This document shows, piece after piece, positions 1-11,100 of a stretch of DNA of 20,000 nucleotides. Under the pieces are notes generated by a model, which saw nothing but the letters and a program-made list of their open reading frames with translations, did not search any database and was not told the DNA's origin. The translations under genes and the position numbers were made by a program. The stretch spans positions 5,512,491-5,532,490 of the forward strand of contig NC_057758.1 in the NCBI RefSeq assembly GCF_004010195.1, in the 5' to 3' direction. Numbering within the stretch: the stretch's first letter is position 1; each line of letters opens with the position of its first letter. Source of the DNA: Chiloscyllium plagiosum (lineage: Eukaryota).

Positions 1-3000
1 CGGACTGTATTTCTCACTGTGAGGCTGTATCTGTCAACGTGGGGCTGTATCTCTCACTGTGGGGCTGTATCTGTCACAGTGTTTCTGTGTCTCTCACTGT
101 GTGGCTGAATCTCTCACTGGGTTTGTGTCTCTCACTGTGGGGCTGAATCTCTCACTGGGATTATATCTCCCACTGTGTACCTGTATCTCACACTGTGGGG
201 CTGTATCTGTCACTGTGGGTTGTGTCTCTCACTGTGGGGCTGTATCTCTCACTGTGGGGATGTGTATCTCACTGTGGGTTGTGTCTTTCACTGTAGGGAA
301 TGTTTCTCTCACTGTGGGTCTGTGTCTCTCACTGTGGGGCTGTATCTCTCACAGTAAGGCTGTATTTGTAACTGTGGGCCAGTATCTCTCACTGTAGGCT
401 GTGTCTGTCACTGTGGACGTGTCTCTCTGCACTGTGGGGCTGTATCTCTCACTGTGGGGCTGTATCTCTCACTGTGGGGCTGTATCTCTCACTGTGGGGC
501 TATATCTCTCACTGTGGGGCTGTATCTGTCACTGTGGAGCAGTGTCTCTCACAGTGGGGCTGTATCTCTCACTGCGGACTGTATTTCTCACTGTGAGGCT
601 GTATCTGTCAACGTGAGGCTGTATCTCTCACTGTGGGGCTGTATCTGTCACAGTGTTTCTGTGTCTCTCACTGTGGGGATGAATCTCTCACTGGGTTTGT
701 ATCTCTCACTGTGGGATTATATCTCCCACTGTTTCCCTGTATCTCACACCGTGTGGCTGTATCTGTCACTGTGGAGCTGTGTCTTTCACAGTGGGGCTTT
801 ATCTATCACAGTGGGGCTGTATCACTCACTGTAGGCCTGTTTCTCTCACTGTGGAACTGTATCTCTCACTGTGGGCCGGTATCTCTCACTGTGGGGATGT
901 GTATCTCACTGTGGGTTGTGTCCTTCACTGTAGGGAATGTTTCTCTCACCGTGGGCCTGTATTTCTCACAGTAAGGCTGTATCTGTCACTGTGGGCCTGT
1001 ATCTCTCACTGTNNNNNNNNNNNNNNNNNNNNNNTCTGTCACTGTGGACGTGTGTATCTGTCACTTTGGGTTGTGTCTCTCACTGTGGGGCTGTATCTCT
1101 CACTGTGGGGATGTGTATCTCACTGTGGGTTGTGTATTTCACTGTAGGGAATGTTTCTCTCACTGTGGGGCTGTATCTCTCACTGTGGGGCTGTATCTCT
1201 CACAGTAAGGCTGTATCTCTCACTGTGAGGTGGTGTCTCTCACTGTGGGGCTGTATTTGTCACTGTGGGCCAGTATCTCTCACTGTAGGCTGTATCTGTC
1301 ACTGTGGACGTGTCTCTCTGCACTGTGGGGCTGTATCTCTCACTGTGGGGCAGTTTCTCTCACTGTGGGGCTATATCTCTCACTGTGGGGCTATATCTCT
1401 CAGTGTGGGGCTATATCTCTCAGTGTGGGGCTGTATCTGTCACTGTGGAGCAGTGTCTCTCACAGTGGGGCTGTATCTCTCACTGCGGACTGTATTTCTC
1501 ACTGTGAGGCTGTATCTGTCAACGTGGGGCTGTATCTCTCACAGTGGGGCTGTATCTGTCACAGTGTTTCTGTGTCTCTCACTGTGGGGATGAATCTCTC
1601 ACTGGGTTTGTATCTCTCACTGTGGGATTATATCTCCCACTGTTTCCCTGTATCTTACACTGTGGGGCTGTATCTGTCACTGTGGAGCTGTGTCTTTCAC
1701 AGTGGGGCTTTATCTATCACAGTGGGGCTGTATCTCTCACTGTGGAGCTGTATCTCTCACTGTGGGCCGGTATCTCTCACTGTGGGGATGTGTATCTCAC
1801 TGTGGGTTGTGTCTTTCACTGTAGGGAATGTTTCTCTCACCGTGGGCCTGTATTTCTCACAGTAAGGCTGTAGCTGTCACTGTGGGGTGGTGTCTCTCAC
1901 TGTGGGCCTGTATCTCTCACTGTAGGCCTGTATCTCTCACTGTGGGCTGTATCTGTCACTGTGGATGTGTCTCTCTGCACTGTGGGCCTGTATCTCTGAC
2001 TGGAGTGCCAATATGTCTCACTGTGGGGTTGTGTCTCTTACTGTGGGTCTGTATATCTCACTGTGGGGCTGTATCTCTCACTGTGGGGTTGTGTCTCTCA
2101 CTGTGGGTTGTGTCTCTCACTGTGGGGATGTATCTCTCACTGTGGGGATGTGTATCTCACTGTGGGTTGTGTCTTTCACTGCAGGGAATGTTTCTCTCAT
2201 TGTGGGTCTGTGTCTCTCACTGTGGGGCTGTGTGTCTCACTGTGGGGTTATGTCTCTCACTGTGGGGCTGTGTGTCTCACGGTGAGGCTGTGTGTCTCAC
2301 GGTGGGGCTGTGTCTCTCACGGTGGGGCTGTATCACTCACTGTGGGGCTGTATCACTCACTGTGGGGCTGTATCACTCACTGTGGACTGCATTTCTCACT
2401 TTGAGGTTGTATCTGTCAATGTGGGGCTGTATCTCTCACTGTGGGGTTGTGTCTCTCACTGTGAGGCCATATCGCTCACTGTGGGGTAAATCTCAATGTG
2501 GGGCTATATCTCTCACTTTTGGCTGTATCTCTCACTGTGGTCCTGTATCTCTCACTGTGGGCCTGTATCTCCCACTCTGGGGCTTTTTCTCTCACCGTGA
2601 GGCTGTGTCTCTCACTGTGGGGCTGTATCTCTCACTGTGGGGCTGTATCTCTCACTGTGGGGCTGTATCTCTCATTGTGGGGATGTAACTCTCACTGTGG
2701 GGCTCTGTCTCTCATTGTGGGGCTGTGTCTCTCACTGTGGGCCTAGATCTCTCACTGTGGGGTTGTGTCTCTCACTATGGGCCTGGGACTCTCACTGTGG
2801 GGCTGTCTCTCTCCCAGTGGGGGTATATCTCTCACTGTTGGGTTGTATCTCTCACTGTGGGTCTGTATCTGTCACTGTGGGACTATATCTCTCACACTGT
2901 GGCTATGTCTCTCACTGGGGGTCTGTATGTGTCACTGTGGGGCTGTATCTCTCACAGTAAGGCTATATCTGTCACTGTGGGGCTGTGTCTCTCACTATTG

Positions 3001-4520
3001 GGATGTATTTGTCACTGTGGACGTGTCTCTCTGCACTGTGGGGCTGTATCTCTCACTGTGGGGCTGTATCTCTCATTGTGTGGCTGTGTCTCTCAGTGTG
3101 GGCCTGTATCTCTCACTGTGGACCTGTATGTCTCATTGTAGTGCCAGTATGTCTCACTGTGGGGTTGTGTCTCTCACTGTGGGTCTGTATCTCTCACAGT
3201 GGGGGTGTTTCTCTCACAGTGGTGTTGTATCATTCACTGTGGGGCTGTATCTCTCACTGTAGTGCCAGTATCTCTGACTGTGGGGCTGTGTCTCTGACTG
3301 TGGGGCTGTATCTCTGACTGTGGGGCTGTATCTCTCACTTTGGGGCTGTATCTCTCACTGTGGTTCGTATCTCTCACTGTGGGGCTGTATCTCTCACTGT
3401 GGGGCTGTATCTCTCACTGTGGGCTATGTCTCTCACTGTGGGCTATGTCTCTCACTGTGGGCTATGTCTCTCACTGTGTGGCTGTATCACTCACTGTAGG
3501 GCTGTATCTGTCACTGTAGGGCTGTATCTGTCACTGTGGGGCTGTGTGTCTCACTGTGGGGATGTGTCTCTCACTGTGGGGCTGCATCTCACACTGTGCG
3601 AGTGTATCTCTCACAGTGGGGTTGTATCTCTCACTGTTGTGCCAGTATCTCTGACTGTGGGGCTGTGTCTCTGACTGAGGGGCTGTATCTCTCACTTTGG
3701 GGCTGTATCTCTCACTGTGGTTTGTATCTGTCACTGTGGGGCTGTATCTCTCACTGTGGGGCTGTATCTCTCACTGTGGGGCTGTATCTCTCACTGTGGG
3801 GTTGTGTCTATCACTGTGGGGCTGTGTGTCTCACTGTGGGGCTGTGTGTCTCACTGTGGGGTTGTGTCTCTCACTGTGGGGCTGTGTCTCTCACTGTGGG
3901 GCTGTATCTCTCACTATGGGTTGTGCCTCTCACTGTGGGGTTGTGTCTCTCACTGTGGGGCTGTGTCTCTCACTGTGGGGATGTGTCTTTCACTATTGGG
4001 AATGTTTCTCTCCCTGTGGGTCTGTGTCTCTCACTGTGGGGCTGTATCTCTCACTGTGGACTGTATCTGTCACTGTGGGGTGGTGTCTCTCTGCACTGTG
4101 GGGCTGTATCTCTCACTGTGGGGCTGTATCTCTGACTGTAGTGCCAATACGTCTCACTGTGGGGTTGTGTCTCTCACTGTGTGTCTGTACATCTCACTGT
4201 GGGGCTGTATCTCTCGCTGTGGTTTTATATCTCTCATTGTGGTTCTGTATCTGTCACTGTGGGGCTGCATCTCTCACTATGGGCTAGGGTCTCTCACTGT
4301 GGTCTGTACCTCTCACTGTGGGGCTGTGTCTCTCACTGTGGGGCTGTATCTCTCACTGTGGGGTTGTGTCTCTCACTGTGAGGCTGTATCGCACACTGTG
4401 GGGTATATCTCAATGTGGGGCTATATCTCTCACTTTTGGGCTGTATCTCTCACTGTGGGCCTGTTTCTCTCACTGTGGGGCTGTATCTCTCACTGTGGGG
4501 CTGTATCTCTCACTGTGAGG
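1..4520 (+). repeat. 20-bp tandem satellite/minisatellite, consensus CTCTCACTGTGGGGCTGTAT (left arm)
   Basis: TCACTGTGG recurs every ~20 bp (18-22 bp variants) throughout. Common substitutions are GTAT/GTGT, GGCT/GGTT/GCCT/GACT and CTCTC/CTGTC. The array runs off the left edge of the window. Confidence 0.98.
1013..1034. other. Assembly gap (22 N) inside the satellite
   Basis: Run of N from 1013 to 1034. Confidence 0.99.
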
Positions 4521-5176
4521 TCCCACAGCGAGACACACAGCCCCACAGTGAGAGACACAGCCCCACAGTGAAGGACACAGCCCCACAGTGAGGGACACAG
4601 TCCCACAGTGAGGGACACAGTCCCACAGTGAGAGACACAGCCCCACAGTGAGGGACACAGTCCCACAGTGAGGGACACAGTCCCACAGTGAGGGACACAG
4701 CCCCACAGTGAGGGATACAACCCCACAGTGAGAGACTCAGCCCCACAGTGAGAGACACACAGCCCCACAGTGAGAGACACACAACCCACAGTGAGACACA
4801 CAGCCCCACAGTGAGAGACACAGCCCCACAGTGAGGGACACAGTCCCACAGTGAGGGACACAGTCCCACAGTGAGAGACACAGCCCCACAGTGAGAGACA
4901 CAGCCCCACAGTGAGAGACACAGCCCACAGTGAGAGATACAGCCCCACAGTGAGAGATACAGGCCCACAGTGACAAATACAGCCCCACAGTGAGAGACAC
5001 CACCCCACAGTGACAGATAGAGCCTTACTGTGAGAGATACAGCCCCACAGTGAGAGACACAAACCCACAGTGAGAGAAACATTCCCTACAGTGAAAGACA
5101 CAACCCACAGTGAGAGATACAGCCCCACAGTGAGACACAGCCCCACAGTGAAAGACACAACCCACAGTGACAGATA
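4521..5176 (-). repeat. Inverted block of the same 20-bp satellite (~33 units)
   Basis: The plus strand reads CCCCACAGTGAGAGA(C/T)ACAG, the reverse complement of the unit. Junctions are sharp: ...cactgtgagg|tcccacagcg (4520/4521) and ...gtgacagata|tggggcagtg (5176/5177). Confidence 0.96.
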
Positions 5177-8100
5177 TGGGGCAGTGTCTCTCAATGTGGG
5201 GTTGTGTCCCTCACTGTGGGGTTGTGTCTCCCACTGTGGAGCTGTGTGTCTCCCACTGTGGGGCTGTGTGTCTCCCTGTGGGATTGTGTCTCTCACTGTG
5301 GGGCTTTGTGTCTCCCTGTGGGGTTGTATCTCTCACTGTGGGGCTGTGTCCCTCACTGTGGGGTTGTGTCTCTCAGTGTTGGGTTGTGTCTCTCAGTGTT
5401 GGGTTGTGTCTCTTAATCTGAGGTTGTACCATTCACTGTGGGGCTGTATCTCACACTGTGGGTTGTCTCTCCCCCCGTGAGGCTGTATCTCTCACTGTGG
5501 GTTTATCTCTCTCATTGTGGTCTGTATCTGTCACTGTGGGGCTGCATCTCTCACTATGGGCTAAGGTCTCTCACTGTGGTCTGTACCTGTCATTGTGGGG
5601 CTGTATCTCTCACTGTGGGGTTGTGTCTCTCACTGTGAGGCCATATCGCACACTGTGGGGCTGTATCTCTCACTTTTGGGCTGTATCTCTCCCTGTGGTC
5701 CTGTATCTCTCACTGTGGGCCTGTATCTCCCACTCTGGGGCTTTTTCTCTTACTGTGGAGCTGTCTCTCTTACTGTGAGCCGGTATCTCTCACTGTGGGA
5801 CTGTGTCTCTCATTGTGGGACTGTGTCTCTCACTGTGCGACTGTGTCTCTCACTGTGGGGTTGTATCTCTCACTGTGGGGTTGTATCTCTCACTGTGGGG
5901 TTGTATCTCTCACCTTGGGGCTGTATCTCTCACTGTGGGGCTGTATCTGTCACTGTGGAGCAGTATCTCTCACTGTAGGGCTGTATCTCTCATTGTGGAC
6001 TGTATTTCTCACTGTGAGGCTGTATCTGTCAATGTGGGGGTGTATCTCTCACTGTGGGGCTGTATCTATCACAGTGTTTCTGTGTCTCTCACTGTAGGAT
6101 TATATCTCCCACTGTGTACCTGTATCTCACACTGTGGGGCTTTATCTATCACAGTGAGGATGTATCACTCACTGTAGGCCTGTATCTCTCACGGTGGGGC
6201 TGTATTCTCACTGTGGGGTGGTATCTCTCACTGTGGGGCTGTATCTCTACTGTGGGGCTGTATCTCTCACTGTGGGGCTGTGTCTCTCACTGTGGGGCTG
6301 TATCTCTCACTGTGGACTGTATTTCTCACTGTGAGGCTGTATCTGTCAATGTGGGGGTGTATCTCTCACTGTGGGGCTGCATCTATCACAGTGTTTCTGT
6401 GTCTCTCACTGTGGGATTATATCTCCCACTGTGTACCTGTATCTCACACTGTGGGGCTGTATCTGTCACAGTGGGACTGTATCTGACACAGTGGCCCTGT
6501 GTCTCTCACTGTGGGGCTGTGTCTCTCACTCTGGGCCTGTGTCTCTCACTGTGTGGCTCTATCTCTCACTGTGGGGTGTATCTCTTACTGTGGGCTCTAT
6601 CTGTCACTGTGGGTTTGTATCTCACACTGTCAGGCTGTGTGTCTCACTGTGAGGCTGTATCTGTCAATTGGGGATGTATCTCTCACTGTGGGGTTGTGTC
6701 TCTCACTGTGAGGCCATATTGCTCACTGTGGGGTAAATCTCAATGTGGGGCTATATCTCTCACTTTTGGGCTGTATCTCTCACTGTGGGCCTATATCTCC
6801 CACTCTGGGGCTTTTTCTCTCACTGTGGGGCTGTGTCTCTCACTGTGGGGCTGTATCACTCACTGTGGGGCTGTATCTCTCACTGTGGGGGTGTATCTCT
6901 CACTGTGGGGGTGTATCTCTCACTGTGGGGCTGTACCAGTCACTGTGGGGCTGTATCTCTCGCTGTGGGCCTGTATCTCTCACTGTGGGCCTGTATCTCT
7001 CATTGTAGGGATGTAACTCTCACTGTGGGGCTCTGTCTCTCATTATGGGGCTGTGTCTCTCACTGTGGGACTATACCTCACACTGTGGGCCTGTATCTGT
7101 CACTGTGGGTTTTATCTCTCACTGTGGGCCTATATCTCTCACTCTGGGGTTGTGTCTCTCACTATGGGCCTGGGACTCTCACTGTGAGGCTGTCTCTCTC
7201 CCAGTGGGGGGTATATCTCTCACTGTTGGGTTGTATCTCTCACTGTGGGTCTGTATCTGTCACAGTGGGACTATATCTCTCACACTGTGGCTATGTCTCT
7301 CACTGGGGGTCTGTATGTGTCACTGTGGGGCTGTATCTCTTACAGTAAGTCTGTATCTGTCACTGTGGGGCTGTGTCTCTCACTATTGGGATGTATTTGT
7401 CACTATGGACGTGTCTCTCTGCACTGTGGGGCTGTAGCTCTCACTGTGGGGCTGTATCACTCACTGTGTGGCTGTGTCTCTCACTGTGTGGCTGTGTCTC
7501 TCTCACTGTAGTGCCAGTATCTCTGACTGTGGGGCTGTATCTCTCACAGTGGTGTTGTGTCATTCACTGTGGGGCTGTATCTCTCACTGTGGGGCTGTAT
7601 CTCTCACTGTAGTGCCAGTATCTCTGACTGTGGGGCTGTATCTCTCACTTTGGGGCTGTATCTCTCACTGTGGGGCTGTATTTCTCACTGTGGGGCTGTA
7701 TCTCTCACTGTGGGGCTGTATCTGTCACTGTAGGGTGGTGTCTCTCACTGTGGGGCTGTATCTCTCACTTTGGGGCTGTATTTCTCACTGTGGGGCTGTA
7801 TCTCTCACAGTAAGGCTGTATCTGTCACTGTGGGGTGGTGTCTCTCACTGTGGCGCTGTATTTGTCACTGTGGGCCTGTATCTCTCACTGTGGGCTGTAT
7901 CTGTCACTGTGGATGTGTCTCTCTGCACTGTGGGGCTGTATCTCTCACTGTGGGGCTGTCTCTCTCACTGTCATGCCACTATTTCTCACTGTGGGGTTGT
8001 GTCTCTCACTGTGGGTCTGCATCTCTCACTGAGGGGCTGTATCTCTCACTGTGGGTCTGTATCTCTCACTGTGGGGCTGTATCTCTCACTGTGGGGCTGT

Positions 8101-11100
8101 ATCTGACACTGTGGGTTGTGTCTTTCACTGTGGGGACGTGTATCTCACTGTGGGTTGTATCTTTCACTGGAGGGAATGTTTCTCTCACTGTGGGGCTGTG
8201 TCTCCCACTGTGGGGCTGTGTGTCTCACTGTGGCGTTGTGTCTCTAACTGTGGGTTGTGTCTTTCACTGTAGGGAATGTTTCTCTCGCTGTGGGCTGTGT
8301 CTCTCACTGTGGGGCTGTGTGTCTCACTGTGGGTTGTGTCTCTCACTGTGGGGTTGTGTCTCTCACTATGGGGTTGTGTCTCTCACTGTGGGGATGTGTG
8401 TCTCACTGTGGGGATGTGTGTCTCACTGTGAGGCTGTCTGTCTCACTGTGGGTTGTGTCTCTCACTGTGGGGTTGTGTCTCTCACTGTGGGGATGTGTGT
8501 CTCACTGTGGGGATGTGTGTCTCACTGTGGGGTTGTGTGTCTCACTGTGGGGCTGCATCTCTCACTGTGGGGCTGTATCTCTCACTGTGGGGATGTGTGT
8601 CTCACTGTGGTGATGTGTGTCTCACTGTGGGGATGTGTGTCTCACTGTGGGGCTGCATCTCACACTGTGGTGCTGCGTCCCTCACTGTGGGGCTGTGTCC
8701 CTCACTGTGGCGTTGTGTGTCTCAATCTGAGGTTGTACCATTCACTGTGGGGCTGTATCTCTCACTGTGGGTTTATATCTCTCATTGTGGCTCTGTATCT
8801 GTCACCGAGGGGCTGCATCTCTCACTATGGGATAGGGTCTCTCACTATGGTCTGTACCTGTCATTGTGGGGCTGTGTCTCTCATTGTGGGGTTGTGTCTC
8901 TCACTGTGGGGTTGTGTCTCTCACTGTGAGGCCATATCGCACACTGTGGGGTGGTGTCTCTCACTGTGGGGCTGTATTTGTCACTGTGGGCCTGTATCTC
9001 TCACTGTGGGCTGTATCTGTCACTGTGGAACTGTCTCTCTGCACTGTGGGGCTGTATCTCTCACTGTGGGGCTGTATCTCTCACTGTAGTGCCAATATGT
9101 CTCACTATGGGGTTGTGTCTCTCACTGTGGGTCTGTATCTCTCACTGTGGGGCTGTATCTCTCACTATGGGGCTGTATCTCTCACTGTAGTGCCAATATG
9201 TCTCACTGTGGGATTGTGTCTCTCACTGTGGGTCTGTATATATCACTGTGGGGCTGTGTCCCTCACTGTAAGGCTGTATCTCTCAATGTGGGTTGTACCA
9301 GTCACTGTGGGGCTGTATCTCTCATTGTGGGACTGTATCTCTCACTGTGGGGCTGTGTCTCTCACTGTGGGGCTATATCTCTCACTGTGGGGCTATATCT
9401 CTCACTGTGGGTCTGTATCTGTCACTGTGGAGCAGTGTCTCTCACAGTGGAGCTTTATCAATCACAATGGGGATGTATCACTCACTGTAGGCCTGTGTCT
9501 CTTACTGTGGGGCGTTATCTCTCACTGTGGGGCGGTATCTCTCACTGTGGGGCTGTATCTCTCACTGTGGGGCTGTATCTCTCACTGTGGGGCGGTATCT
9601 CTCACTGTGGGGCTGTGTCCCTCACTGTGGGGCTGTATCTCTCACTGTGGGGCTGTGTCCCTCACTGTGGGGCTGTGTCTCTCAGTGTGGGGTTGTCTCA
9701 CTCAATCTGAGGTCGTACCATTCACTGTGGGGCTGTATCTCTCACTGTGGGTTGTCTCTCCCCCGTGAGGCTGTATCTCTCACTGTGGGTTTATATCTCT
9801 CATTGTGGTTCTATATCTGTCACCGAGGGGCTGCATCTCTCACTATGGGCTCGGGTCTCTCACTGTGGTCTGTACCTGTCATTGTGGGGCTGTGTGTCTC
9901 ACTGTGGGGCTGTGTGTCTCTCACTGTGGGTGTGTCTCTCACTGTGGGGCTGTATCTCTCACAGTAATGCTGTATCTCTCACTGTGGGGTGGTGTCTCTC
10001 ACTGTGGGGCTGTATTTGTCACTGTGGGCCAGTATCTCTCACTTTGGGCTGTATCTGTCACTGTGGACATGTCTCTCTGCACTGCGGGGCTGTATCACTC
10101 ACTGTGGGGCTGTATCTCTCACTGTAGTGTCAATATGTCTCATTGTGGGGCTGTATCTCTCACTGTGGGGCTGTATCTCTCACTGTGGGGCTGTATCTGT
10201 CACTGTGGTGCTGTGTGTCTCACTGTGGGTTGTGTCTCTCACTATGGGACTGTCTCTCACTGTGGGGCTGTATCTGTCACTGTGGACGTGTCTCTCAGCA
10301 CTGTGGGGCTGTATCTCTCACTTTGGGTCTGTATCTCTCACTGTGGGGCTGTGTGTCTCACTGTGGGGCTGTGTGTCTCACTGTGGGGCTGTGTGTCTCA
10401 CAGTGGGGACATGTATCTCACTGTGGGTTGTATCTTTCACTGTAGGGAATGTTTCTCTCACTGTGGGTCTGTGTCTCTCACTGTGGGTCTGTGTCTCTCA
10501 CTGTGGGGCTGTGTGTCTCACTGTGGGGCTGTGTGTCTCACTGTGGGGCTGTGTCTCTCACTGTGGGGACGTGTGTCTCACTGTGGGGACGTGTGTCTGA
10601 CTGTGGGGTTGTATCTCACACTGTGGTCTTGTTTCTCTCACTGTGGGGCTGTATCTCTCACTGTGGGGCTGTATCCCTCACTGTGGGGATGTGTGTCTCA
10701 CTGTGGGGCTGTATCTCTCAGTGTGGGGCTGTGTCTGTCACTGCGGGGCTGTGTCCCTCACTGTTGGATTGTGTCTCTCACTGTGGGGCTGTGTGTCTCA
10801 CTGTGGGGATGTGTCTCTCACTGTGGGGCTGTGTCTCTCAGTGTTGGGTTGTGTCTCTCAATCTGAGGTTGTACCATTCACTGTGGGGCTCTGTATCTCT
10901 CACTGTGGGTTGTCTCTCCCCCCGTGAGGCTGTATCTCTCACTGTGGGTTTATATCTCTCATTGTGGTTCTGTATCTGTCACCGAGGGGCTGCATCTCTC
11001 ACTATTTGCTAGGGTCTCTCACTGTGGTCTGTACCTGTCATTGTGGGGCTGTGTCTCTCACTGTGGGGTTGTGTCTCTCACTGTGAGGCCATATCGCACA

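Noticed and set aside
4511..4530. RAG signal joint at the left inversion junction (CACTGTG-AGGTCC-CACAGCG, head-to-head heptamers)
   Set aside because: The 6 intervening bases are explained by ordinary unit flanks (GAGG and GTCCC variants). The break is therefore not at the heptamer edge, and the right junction is not at a heptamer either.
5026..5065. 8/9 nonamer ACACAAACC (5057-5065) as part of an RSS
   Set aside because: The heptamer position upstream is TACTGTG with a 24-bp spacer and lacks the essential CAC.
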